From positions 192,892 to 256,891 of the forward strand of contig JAHFNS010000002.1 of NCBI GenBank assembly GCA_023267215.1: a stretch of 64,000 nucleotides of DNA. The letters run 5' to 3'. The notes beneath the pieces are model-generated. The model was not told the DNA's origin. It searched no databases and was given only the letters and a program-made list of their open reading frames with translations. Numbering within the stretch: the stretch's first letter is position 1; each line of letters begins with the position of its first letter. Positions 45,182 to 53,927 of this stretch are shown one piece after another. Position numbers and translations under genes: made by a program. Source of the stretch: Candidatus Nomurabacteria bacterium. Lineage in GTDB: Bacteria; Patescibacteriota; Minisyncoccia; Phycocordibacterales; UBA9973.

Positions 45182-47323
45182 TTATAAATAAATAGTTTTT
45201 ATTCCATTTTTCTCTTCTTCTTTTTCTAATAAATCATTCGGAATATCTCCAAGAAATTCTGACGGTGCATTTATTTGTTTTGAACCAAAGATGGTGCGGA
45301 AATTAGCAAATGATAAAAATAATTTTTCACGAGCTCGTGTGAGTGCAACATAAAAAAGTCTGCGTTCTTCTTCTTGGTCTTCAGCACTTTTTCTTTCACC
45401 ATCTTTTCGATGAGGGAAAAGTCCATCTTCAAGTCCAGTAATGAAAACATATTTAAATTCAAGTCCCTTGGATGCATGCACTGTCATAAGTTTCACTCCC
45501 CTTTTTTCTTCTTTTTTATCTACATTATTTATCAGACTATCTTGGTCTGAAGCTAAAGAAGCATCTTCTAAAAGTTTCTCAATTCCCATTCCACCCTTTA
45601 AATTATCATATTTTAGAGCTAAAGTTGCCAATTCTTTTATATTTTCTAGTCTTTCCATTTCTTCTTCTCCTCCAGCTAAAAGTTCTGTTTCTATACCTGA
45701 TTTTTTGATTGTAAATTTAATTACGTCTGATGCTTTTTCTATTTCTATTTTTTCTTTTATATCTTTTAAAATTTTGTAAAAATTATCAATTTTTATTTTT
45801 ACTTTTATCGGCAGACTTTCTTCTTCTCCGGCTTGCCCCGCCATGGCGGTGGCGAAAATTTTTGCAAGCGTCACCTTTCCTATTCCCCTAGCTGGAAAAT
45901 TTATAATTCTTTTAATATCAGAAAGACTTTGAGGATTGAGTGCTGCACGAAGATATGCAAGAGTATCTTTGATTTCTTTTCTTTCGAAAAATTTTACACC
46001 TAAAACTTGATATGGGATGTTGTATCTTAGCATTGCTTCTTCTAGCGCTCGTGATTGAAAATTTGCACGATATAAAATTGCTATTTTAGACAAAGTTGCG
46101 GATACTACTTTTGTAGGGTCGCTGTCTCCGCTTACTAGCGGAGCGCTGCCTCTCGGCTCGTCAGCCTGCGAGACACCCTCCAAAAGCACATTCGCAACTT
46201 TGTCTTGCAACTCTATAATTTTTGTCGCGACAAAATCTGCTTCATCGTTCTCATCGAGTGCTTCATAAAAACCTATTTTTTCTCCTATTTTATTTTTGGT
46301 AAATAAATTTTTATCAGGCCTATATTTATTTTTCTTTATTATTTCATTAGCTGCTTCCAGAATATTTTGAGTAGATCGATAATTTTCTTCTAATAAAATT
46401 ATTTTTGTATCTTTACCATAATCTTTCTCAAAGCTCAAAATATTTTTTAAATTTGCTCCACGCCAAGAATAAATATTTTGATCTGCGTCTCCGACTACAC
46501 AAATATTTTTATTATTTTCAGAAAGTAGTTTTGACATCAAATATTGCACTTCGTTCGTGTCTTGATACTCGTCTATATGAATATAATCCCATTTTTCTTG
46601 ATAAATTTTTCTTATTTCTTTATTATCTTGCAGTAATTTTGTCGCTTTCAAAAGTAAATCATCAAAATCTAATGAATTTTCTTTCATTTTTTTCTTTTCA
46701 TACAGACTCCAAACTTGAGAAACTATTTTTGTTAAAAAATTCGCCCCAGGTTCGTTAGATATTTCTTCATAATCAGCGAGATGAGTAAATTTCCCTTTTT
46801 CTCTACTAATAATGTTCCCTATTTTTCGTGGTTCATATTGTTTTGGGTCTAGATTCAATTCTTTTAATGATTCTTTAATAAGAGAAGTAGAATCTGCTTC
46901 ATCTAAAATAGTGAAATGCCTTGTTAGTCCTAAAATTCTAGCGTTTTCTTTTATTATATATACTCCCAAAGAGTGAAAAGTGGAAACAAAGGGCCTGCTA
47001 ATAATTTCGCCGGTAATGCTTTTTGTCATGGTCTGGCCGGGATAGGGACCCGGAGATCCGAGGACCTGAGAAAAAGCATTACCGGCGAAATTTATTTTTA
47101 TTGCTGAAGTGATCCTTTCCTGCATTTCTTTGGCTGCTTTGTTTGTAAAAGTCACAGCTAAAATTTTCTCTGGAGCTACTCCATTTTTTATTAAATTTAG
47201 TATTCTATGGGTTATGGTCTTGGTTTTTCCTGCTCCAGCCCCTGCCACGATCAAAAGCGGTCCATTCATGTGAATAGCCGCCTCTCGTTGTTTAGGGTTT
47301 AATTCTTTTAAATGTTCGTCCAT
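45182..47323 (-). CDS. UvrD/PcrA/Rep-family ATP-dependent DNA helicase with in-frame insertions
   Basis: Motif I LLIVAGAGAGKTKTITHRI, motif Ia AVTFTNKAAKEM, TFHS, DEYQDTN. Confidence 0.9.
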   Translation of the reverse strand: MDEHLKELNPKQREAAIHMNGPLLIVAGAGAGKTKTITHRILNLIKNGVAPEKILAVTFTNKAAKEMQERITSAIKINFAGNAFSQVLGSPGPYPGQTMTKSITGEIISRPFVSTFHSLGVYIIKENARILGLTRHFTILDEADSTSLIKESLKELNLDPKQYEPRKIGNIISREKGKFTHLADYEEISNEPGANFLTKIVSQVWSLYEKKKMKENSLDFDDLLLKATKLLQDNKEIRKIYQEKWDYIHIDEYQDTNEVQYLMSKLLSENNKNICVVGDADQNIYSWRGANLKNILSFEKDYGKDTKIILLEENYRSTQNILEAANEIIKKNKYRPDKNLFTKNKIGEKIGFYEALDENDEADFVATKIIELQDKVANVLLEGVSQADEPRGSAPLVSGDSDPTKVVSATLSKIAILYRANFQSRALEEAMLRYNIPYQVLGVKFFERKEIKDTLAYLRAALNPQSLSDIKRIINFPARGIGKVTLAKIFATAMAGQAGEEESLPIKVKIKIDNFYKILKDIKEKIEIEKASDVIKFTIKKSGIETELLAGGEEEMERLENIKELATLALKYDNLKGGMGIEKLLEDASLASDQDSLINNVDKKEEKRGVKLMTVHASKGLEFKYVFITGLEDGLFPHRKDGERKSAEDQEEERRLFYVALTRAREKLFLSFANFRTIFGSKQINAPSEFLGDIPNDLLEKEEEKNGIKTIYL
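47004..47092. repeat. Family-2 element: core TGGTCTGGCCGGGATAGGGACCCGGAGATCCGAGGACC flanked by 26-bp copy-specific inverted repeat, in-frame in uvrD
   Basis: Core shared with 55886-55923 (cca, 37/38 identical) and a diverged copy at 9252-9291 (polA). Arms AATTTCGCCGGTAATGCTTTTTGTCA / TGAGAAAAAGCATTACCGGCGAAATT. Confidence 0.8.
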
Positions 47324-47462
47324 AGCCTTTATCTTAACACATTAAGCTAAATAAGCCTTAATTTATAACCCTTAAAATACCTTTATTTTTAGGTTTTTGT
47401 TATTTTGCCCTTATTTTATAAGGTTTTTTAATAGAAAATACATTATTTCTTGATACAATCAC

Positions 47463-47491
47463 TTGACTTTCAAGTCAAGCTATGCTATACT
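47463..47491 (+). promoter_or_regulatory. Sigma70-like promoter TTGACT-17-TATACT, with the -35 inside the palindrome CTTGACtttcaaGTCAAG
   Basis: Spacing of 17 nt read directly. About 100 nt upstream of the 47593 ORF. Palindrome is operator-like. Confidence 0.55.
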
Positions 47492-47592
47492 ATTCTCAGA
47501 GTAACTTGAAAATCAAAAGGTCTAGGAAAATACGCACACCTAGGCTCCATAAAAAATCCAGAAGTGCACTGGGAAAATAAGGAGATTTATTT

Positions 47593-47916
47593 ATGAAGAA
47601 GTTAATTGTATTTTTGAAGAGAAATCTTGTTACAGTACTGGTTGTTATTATTACCATGGTAATGTTTTACTTTGTTATCGCAACAATGCGTGCAACAAAT
47701 GCTAATACAAATACTATTGTAGTTTTGGAAAAAAAGGTTAACGTTCTTCAAGACTCAGTTGAAGTCTTAAAGAAAAAATTAACAACTGTTCAAGTAGTTG
47801 TTACACCGCCACCGGCAATGGTGACACCCACAATACCAGTTACACCACCAGTGGTAGCACCAATTGTACCTCCGTCTTCTACTCTCAACAATGATGGTAT
47901 AGATTTCTTAAAGTAA
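47593..47916 (+). CDS. Small membrane-anchored protein with Pro/Val/Thr-rich tail
   Basis: N-terminal TM (LVTVLVVIITMVMFYFVIA). C-terminal VVTPPPAMVTPTIPVTPPVVAPIVPP. Confidence 0.45.
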   Translation: MKKLIVFLKRNLVTVLVVIITMVMFYFVIATMRATNANTNTIVVLEKKVNVLQDSVEVLKKKLTTVQVVVTPPPAMVTPTIPVTPPVVAPIVPPSSTLNNDGIDFLK

Positions 47917-47957
47917 GTAAAAAAACCAACAAAACAAAAAAATTAAAAAGGAAAAAA

Positions 47958-48413
47958 ATGAAAAAGTTAGGAATGTTCGTTATTATCGTGATAATAACAA
48001 TCGTATCGTCAACATCAGCGCAGAAAAAAACTGAAAAAAATGCTGAAAAATATTTTTTTCTAACGCAGGCACAATATGATTCAATTGGGGCAGTTATGAA
48101 TAAAATGTCCCAAAAAGAAAAAATGTATTTTGCTTTTCTGCACGATAGAACAGTAAAGGATATGATGTCTTGGTCAAAAAAGAATGTTGTTGAGTTGAAT
48201 GGAAAAACTGTAAAGTTACTAAAAGGCTCAATTGAAGATTTACAATCTTCTTCTGAAGGATATAACAAAGAAGTGGCTGATCTACAAATCGCAGTTTCGG
48301 GAGATGAAACTCCCGTAAAAATAGTTGTTTCGGAAGAAAAAACAGTTCCTGCTTATGAAGCTGCAAGGCAGAGAATTCAACAGGCGATAGCAGCAAAAAA
48401 TAAAAATAAGTAA
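47958..48413 (+). CDS. Small secreted helical protein
   Basis: Signal peptide MKKLGMFVIIVIITIVSSTSAQ. Followed by a terminator. Confidence 0.45.
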   Translation: MKKLGMFVIIVIITIVSSTSAQKKTEKNAEKYFFLTQAQYDSIGAVMNKMSQKEKMYFAFLHDRTVKDMMSWSKKNVVELNGKTVKLLKGSIEDLQSSSEGYNKEVADLQIAVSGDETPVKIVVSEEKTVPAYEAARQRIQQAIAAKNKNK

Positions 48414-48426
48414 AAAAGTTTTAAAC

Positions 48427-48465
48427 AAAAAGCCACGTATCAAACAATGATCGTGGCTTTTCTGC
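48427..48465. terminator. Intrinsic terminator AAGCCACG...CGTGGCTTTTCT
   Basis: 8-bp GC-containing stem plus T-run after the 47958-48413 ORF. Convergent with the minus-strand 849-aa gene. Confidence 0.6.
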
Positions 48466-48479
48466 TTCCAATTTTTATT

Positions 48480-51029
48480 TTAATTCTGTGAGTTAGTTAT
48501 TGTATCCAACGCATTTTTAAATGCTTGGGTATCAGGAGTAAGTTTTGGTTGGAGCTCAAGTATCTTGCTTAAAAGATTTATTTGTTCTGGATTTAGTTTG
48601 GATATATTACCAACAATATCTTTTGTATTTTCAAGATCTAGTAAAGCACTATGCACTTTGTCGGTAGTGGTGCCTAAGACAGTGGCATAATCTGGAATGT
48701 TTCCACTTAATTCAGTTAAATTTTCATGCACGAGTCCATGTAAACTTTGATTCATGTTTTCTTGTGCTAAAGATAAAGTGTTCTCACTCATATCAGGTGT
48801 GTTATCTAAAGCAGAGATGTATCTTTGTGATGTTGGGCTTGCATGTTCATACTCGTAAGGACTGTTTAAGCCTCCAGTGCCAGATGGTTTGCCATCAAAA
48901 TATTCGTGTATAGTTATTTTTCCATTTGCATCTATATCAATTGGATATGCAGGATTCCCTTTTAGTCCAGGTTCACCCATATCTTTTACCCATGTTTCAG
49001 TTCCTCCACCTTTATAATTATTGTCTATAGCAATTAAATCAGCTTTTGTGCCAGACCATTTATGAATTGCCAACTTGTCATTAATGTCTCCATTAAATCC
49101 AAATTTAGCGGGATGTGCTTCGAGTTGGTCTCGGACCACACCTTCAATCCCACGTTTTCCTACCGTTGCCATTTTTAAAGTTTCTTCATCAAACATAGAA
49201 CCACCTGTCTTCGGAGTGACTATAACTTCAGGCAAAACATGTTCTCCTTTTAAGTCTGGAGATTCTCCTGGTGTAACATTTCCTTTTGGATGATTATCTG
49301 GTATAGTTTCTTTTATTGCCCCTCCACCATGATGTGGTAAGATACCAAGCACTTGAGGTCCTGCAACCCAATCTGTTAGTACAGAAGCTCCCATTCCACC
49401 AAGAACACCAGGGATAAGAGTACCAATAATAAAATTATTTCTTTTAAATAATTTTTTATTTTTATCTATTCTATCTTTGTATTTGTCGCATAGTTTAATA
49501 TTTTCTTCAAAAATTTTCTCAAGGGTTTCTGCTCTTTTTTCAGAGTTTTCTTTATCTTTGGCAAGTTGTTCAAGGTTTGACATTTCTGCTGACTTAACTG
49601 CTTCTCCTTGTTGATCTTGTGTCGTAAGTTTTTCATCATGACCATAAGAGCCTCTAACCATAGGTTGAAAAATCTTTTTTGATAAACCAAAACCAAATGT
49701 TCCCCCGACTAGGCCTTTAACTGTCTTATAGGCTAAAAACGAGGTAACTCCGAGACCTGCTGCTATTGCAGAAGGCCACAAAATTGCTGTGCCTCCCCCT
49801 ACTATTGCAGCATTTAGTGCTGTTCTTGTGAATCTTCCCATTTTCGCATAACCTTGAAATGCTTTGCTTTCTACTCCTCTTTTGAAAAAATTCTTTATTT
49901 TATCCCAAGCTTTAGGATTTATTGCACTATTTGTGGCAACTTGTGCATCTTGATATCTTAATTTTTCTGTTTGCAATATAGAAAGATTGAATAATCTAGC
50001 ATTTTGTACTTTTTTGTTATAGTCCGCATCATTTTCATATTTTTCTAAATTTTTTAATTGATTATCTATATTTGAAACTCCAAGTTCCTTAAGCAATGGA
50101 TTGTAATCATTATCTATAAGTAATATTTTATCTTTTATATCTTGAATTTGTTGTTTGTATTTTGCTGAAACAATGGAGGAGTCTGCATATGGATCATTTT
50201 CAGCAGTTTTATGTTCTTTTTCAATTCTTTTTAGTTCATCTTTTAAGTTGGATAGTTGATTTCTTTTTCCAGATACTTTTACAGCAGCCTCTATTTCCCT
50301 TTCAGAATGTTCAGCTTTTAGTTTTTTTAGAGCTTCTTCTTCAGCCACTTTTGCCCCTTCAGGATTTTTGTAATATCCAGCGCGATTAAATTTACAGAAA
50401 ATTTCTGCTGCATTTAAAAGCTCTTCACGAGAATATTTTTCTTTACCTTCTTTGTTTTCGTTTTTACCAGCAATATTCTGTTCTATGGGAGTAGTAGGTT
50501 CTGTTTCGTTTTTTCTTTTGGCCAGAAGATTTTTTATATTTTCTATTTGATCTTTATCATATCCTCCTTTTTCCAGTTCTTTTTTTAATTTTTCATCTTC
50601 TTCATCAAGTTCGGCTAGTCTTTTATTTCTCTTTTCAATTTCATCTTTGATTTTATTAATTTCGGCTTCGGTAGATTCTTTTGTTTCTTTCTTTTCTGTT
50701 TTATTTCCTTTATCCCATGCTATTTTCCCTTCCATTGCAAGCTCACTCGCTGTTTTTAGTTTAGTATTTGGTGAATTTTTTAATTCACTTTCAAGTCTGA
50801 TAATTTCTTTCTCAATAGATTCTTTGTCCCCGACGTAATTAGTGCTTTTTAAAGATTTTTTTAGTTCAGATATTTCTTGGCGGATTTCTTCTGCTGTTTT
50901 TCTTGGTACATATCCTCCTTCCTCTTCGCCAAGAGGTTTTTTGCCATACATATCTATTCCTTCTTTCTTGTCGCTTTCTTTTACATCAGTATGACTTGAA
51001 ATAATTTCTATTTCTTTTGGTTTTTCCAT
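48480..51029 (-). CDS. Large hypothetical protein: N-terminal K/E-rich coiled coils, central Gly-rich hydrophobic segments, C-terminal globular domain
   Basis: ORF only. Composition and hydrophobicity. Confidence 0.4.
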   Translation of the reverse strand: MEKPKEIEIISSHTDVKESDKKEGIDMYGKKPLGEEEGGYVPRKTAEEIRQEISELKKSLKSTNYVGDKESIEKEIIRLESELKNSPNTKLKTASELAMEGKIAWDKGNKTEKKETKESTEAEINKIKDEIEKRNKRLAELDEEDEKLKKELEKGGYDKDQIENIKNLLAKRKNETEPTTPIEQNIAGKNENKEGKEKYSREELLNAAEIFCKFNRAGYYKNPEGAKVAEEEALKKLKAEHSEREIEAAVKVSGKRNQLSNLKDELKRIEKEHKTAENDPYADSSIVSAKYKQQIQDIKDKILLIDNDYNPLLKELGVSNIDNQLKNLEKYENDADYNKKVQNARLFNLSILQTEKLRYQDAQVATNSAINPKAWDKIKNFFKRGVESKAFQGYAKMGRFTRTALNAAIVGGGTAILWPSAIAAGLGVTSFLAYKTVKGLVGGTFGFGLSKKIFQPMVRGSYGHDEKLTTQDQQGEAVKSAEMSNLEQLAKDKENSEKRAETLEKIFEENIKLCDKYKDRIDKNKKLFKRNNFIIGTLIPGVLGGMGASVLTDWVAGPQVLGILPHHGGGAIKETIPDNHPKGNVTPGESPDLKGEHVLPEVIVTPKTGGSMFDEETLKMATVGKRGIEGVVRDQLEAHPAKFGFNGDINDKLAIHKWSGTKADLIAIDNNYKGGGTETWVKDMGEPGLKGNPAYPIDIDANGKITIHEYFDGKPSGTGGLNSPYEYEHASPTSQRYISALDNTPDMSENTLSLAQENMNQSLHGLVHENLTELSGNIPDYATVLGTTTDKVHSALLDLENTKDIVGNISKLNPEQINLLSKILELQPKLTPDTQAFKNALDTITNSQN

Positions 51030-51040
51030 AAAATTTAAAA

Positions 51041-51355
51041 TTATTTAACTTGGGCTAATAGAAGAGATTTATAATTTGCCACTTCTTCTTTTGCGAGGTC
51101 TTCATAATTAGGTATCTCTTTTTTAATAAAATTAGTGAATGCTTCTACGTTTTCAGGATCATTTTCTAACATTTTTGAAAGTTCTATCTGTTTTTCTTCA
51201 CTCAAACCTTCCATCATCTTAATCCAAATACCTCGGGTGACCACATATCCTGCATCATCCAAAATGCTTTGTTTGATTTCTGGTTCAATGTCTTCTAAAT
51301 TAAGTTCCTTAAATAAATCCATCCCCAAAATTTTCTCTATTTCATCTTTATTCAT
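51041..51355 (-). CDS. Small acidic hypothetical protein
   Basis: ORF only. Co-directional with and upstream of the 849-aa gene. Confidence 0.35.
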   Translation of the reverse strand: MNKDEIEKILGMDLFKELNLEDIEPEIKQSILDDAGYVVTRGIWIKMMEGLSEEKQIELSKMLENDPENVEAFTNFIKKEIPNYEDLAKEEVANYKSLLLAQVK

Positions 51356-51655
51356 AATAGTTTATATTAATTTTAATAATTCAATTATGATGTTTTTATA
51401 CAAAAATGCAAGTATGCGAGTTATCCACAGCCAGGTTGACTTGACCCTCGGATTGGTCTACCCTTATAGAAGTACCGAACAGAAGTTGTGAAGCAAGTTG
51501 GCAGATATATCAGAAACGACAGTAACCATCGTGAGAACCTTATTTTGCAGTACAATTCAGGTCGTCCTGTAGTTCTACCCTAATTTTAAAGGATAGAATA
51601 GGGAATCTTGCGATAATTTGTTTGTCTTATAAAACCTCAATTTAAAATACTCAGC

Positions 51656-52750
51656 TTGATTCTGGCCTTTTCCTTGTTGTCTGGGACGCTTTTTGCTCCT
51701 TTCTTGGCTAGAGCCGACTTTATTTCTTTTATTTTAGGAAGTGAAGTTTCAGCAGATGTCACAGATTCTTTAACTTCTGGAACAACAGATAAAAACTCGC
51801 AAAATATGGCACTTTTGCAAGCAAATACGTCTTCCATTCCTGTTTTGCAAGATAAAAATGACAAAAAAGACGATATTAAAACAGAGGATAGTGTTAATAT
51901 TATGTCTGAAAACGCTCTTCTCCCTGCTACTAGCCATGTGAGTATTCCAGGAGAGACAGATATTGGAAACTCCTATTCTGATCAGATAAGTGTTTATGTG
52001 GTAAGAAAAGGCGATTCCCTCTCTCAAATAGCAGATATGTTTGGCGTTTCTGTAAAGACTATTTTAGCCTCTAACAGTATGAAGAAAAATGACAAGATAA
52101 AAGAAGGTGATGTCCTTTTCATTCTTCCTGTTTCAGGGCTTGAACATGCTGTGACCAAAGGACAAACCCTAAAAAGTATTGCTAAAATTTATAAGGTAGA
52201 TGTTTCAGATATTGCTGAATTTAATGGTATTACTGAAGACACAAAACTTGCTGTTGGAGATAAACTTTTAATTCCTGGTGGTGAAATGATGGATGAAGGA
52301 GGAGACAAACCAGCTTCAAACTTAGGTTCATCTGTAGCTCGAGATAAAAACTATTATGATGCTCATCCGATAAGAAGTCTTAGTGGATATTTTATAAATC
52401 CTGTACCGACTGGGCATAAAACTCAAGGTCTCCATGGTCCGGGCAATCGCGGAATAGATATCGGCGCACCAAAAGGCACTCCGATTTATGCCGCCGCTTC
52501 TGGAACAGTTTTCTTCGCTCGTATGGGATGGAACGGAGGTTATGGAAACTTAGTGATGATAGACCATCCAAATGGCACGAGGACTCTTTATGCTCACCAA
52601 ACAAAAATTGCAACTCATATTGGAGATACAGTTAAACAAGGAGAAATCATCGGCTACGTCGGTTCGACAGGACACTCAACTGGACCTCACGTTCACTTTG
52701 AAGTTTTCAATGCTAAAAACCCAGGTTCCGATTGGAGCTGGGCAAACTAA
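51656..52750 (+). CDS. LysM-domain M23 family peptidase (peptidoglycan endopeptidase)
   Basis: Two LysM repeats (YVVRKGDSLSQIADMFGV and HAVTKGQTLKSIAKIYKV). M23 motifs H.G.D.. and GYVGSTGHSTGPHVHFEV. Confidence 0.9.
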   Translation: MILAFSLLSGTLFAPFLARADFISFILGSEVSADVTDSLTSGTTDKNSQNMALLQANTSSIPVLQDKNDKKDDIKTEDSVNIMSENALLPATSHVSIPGETDIGNSYSDQISVYVVRKGDSLSQIADMFGVSVKTILASNSMKKNDKIKEGDVLFILPVSGLEHAVTKGQTLKSIAKIYKVDVSDIAEFNGITEDTKLAVGDKLLIPGGEMMDEGGDKPASNLGSSVARDKNYYDAHPIRSLSGYFINPVPTGHKTQGLHGPGNRGIDIGAPKGTPIYAAASGTVFFARMGWNGGYGNLVMIDHPNGTRTLYAHQTKIATHIGDTVKQGEIIGYVGSTGHSTGPHVHFEVFNAKNPGSDWSWAN

Positions 52751-52856
52751 AAAAAACCAAGCTAATATTTTTTCATGACTCGCACTCGAACCTGACAATG
52801 GTTTACGAATGTAATATTGCGTATGTCAAAAAAAGTATTAACTTGGCTTTTTTGTT
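52749..52856. repeat. Conserved-core hairpin element, copy 2
   Basis: Arms CCAAGCTAATATTTTTT / AAAAAAGTATTAACTTGG enclose core tcATGACTCGCACTCGAACCTGACAATGGTTTACGAATGTAATATTGCGTATGTCa. Sits directly after the M23 peptidase stop, between convergent genes. Confidence 0.7.
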
Positions 52857-53582
52857 TTATATTCCTGCTAATTTTATTGCACCATAGAGAACAGCGACAC
52901 CGAGTATTGTAGATGCCGTGGTCCACTTTGTCGGATGGTCGTGATGACTTTCTGGCAACAAGTCAGAGGCGCCAATATAGAGGAAAAAGCCTGTAAATAT
53001 AGCAAGAATCACGCCTAGGGTCGATTCAGAGACAGAGAAAAATAAAGTTGAAAGTATCCCCAAAACCGGAGCAACGGCATCAACTAGAAGCCATTTGAAA
53101 GCTTGAGCACGAGTGCCAGAATTTTTCAAAACCATATTCACAGTATTTATGCCATCAGAAAAATCATGTACCAAGACAGCGACAGCGACTATTCCTCCGA
53201 TAATTGCAGAAACTTGAAAAGCGAGACCTATGGCCATGCCGTCTATGAAACTATGTATAGATAAACTTCCTGCACCGAGCACTCCCCTTTTGTTTAAATT
53301 AATTTCTTCGTCATCATGCGCACTGTGTGAATGAAAAAAAACAAATCTATCTAAAACCATATAAATAATAAAACCGAGAGCTGCGATGGAAGTTATAAAA
53401 TTAATATCATAAATTCCGTTTCCAAGTTCTAATGCTTCAGGCAACAAATCAAAAAAAGCCACACCGATCACAGCCCCGGCTGAAAATCCTAAAATCAAAT
53501 GTAGTTTATCTTTAAAACGCAAAGCGAACATTCCTCCTAGAAAGGTAGAAATTAATGTCGCTATGCTTATTAAAATTATCAT
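52857..53582 (-). CDS. ZIP-family metal cation transporter (ZupT-like)
   Basis: Conserved His-containing TM motifs HSFIDGMAIGLAF and HDFSDGINTV. 8 predicted TM helices. Confidence 0.8.
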   Translation of the reverse strand: MIILISIATLISTFLGGMFALRFKDKLHLILGFSAGAVIGVAFFDLLPEALELGNGIYDINFITSIAALGFIIYMVLDRFVFFHSHSAHDDEEINLNKRGVLGAGSLSIHSFIDGMAIGLAFQVSAIIGGIVAVAVLVHDFSDGINTVNMVLKNSGTRAQAFKWLLVDAVAPVLGILSTLFFSVSESTLGVILAIFTGFFLYIGASDLLPESHHDHPTKWTTASTILGVAVLYGAIKLAGI

Positions 53583-53586
53583 ACTG

Positions 53587-53657
53587 TGCGGGATGGGAGA
53601 ATCGAACTCCCAACCTCAGTTTGGAAAACTGACGTTTTACCATTAAACTAATCCCGC
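53587..53657 (-). tRNA. tRNA-Trp (anticodon CCA)
   Basis: Reverse complement GCGGGATTAGTTTAATGGTAAAACGTCAGTTTTCCAAACTGAGGTTGGGAGTTCGATTCTCCCATCCCGCA. Anticodon loop TTCCAAA. Confidence 0.9.
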
Positions 53658-53670
53658 TTATTCTCTTTTG

Positions 53671-53741
53671 TCGGGCTGCTGGGAATCGAACCCAGTCTAA
53701 ACGCTCCCAAAGCGCTTGTACTACCGGTATACTACAGCCCG
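53671..53741 (-). tRNA. tRNA-Pro (anticodon TGG)
   Basis: Reverse complement CGGGCTGTAGTATACCGGTAGTACAAGCGCTTTGGGAGCGTTTAGACTGGGTTCGATTCCCAGCAGCCCGA. Anticodon loop TTTGGGA. Confidence 0.9.
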
Positions 53742-53779
53742 AAAATTTATTAGATTGTAAAAATATCTTTACCGACTAT

Positions 53780-53833
53780 AGTCTAAACGCTCTCATCACG
53801 AAAGCGCTTGTACTACCGGTATACTACAGCCCG
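53780..53833 (-). pseudogene. Truncated duplicate of the 5' half of tRNA-Pro (acceptor-5', D-arm, anticodon stem with disrupted loop; no T-arm or 3' end)
   Basis: 53803-53833 matches 53711-53741 of the intact gene and 53780-53793 matches 53694-53706. Anticodon loop replaced by TCATCACGAA. Confidence 0.7.
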
Positions 53834-53839
53834 AAGACT

Positions 53840-53920
53840 AAAAACTAGAATATAAAAGTTTTCGCCTGCGGGCACTGGCTTCGTTTTGTCCGCCAGAAAA
53901 TTTTTGATATTCTAGTTTTT
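53840..53920. terminator. Long hairpin AAAAACTAGAATAT...ATATTCTAGTTTTT (14-bp arms, 53-nt loop containing an inner hairpin CTGGC/GCCAG); bidirectional terminator-like
   Basis: Perfect inverted repeat with A-run before and T-run after. Sits at the 3' end of the yraN-like gene next to the tRNA fragment. Confidence 0.5.
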
Positions 53921-53927
53921 AACTATA

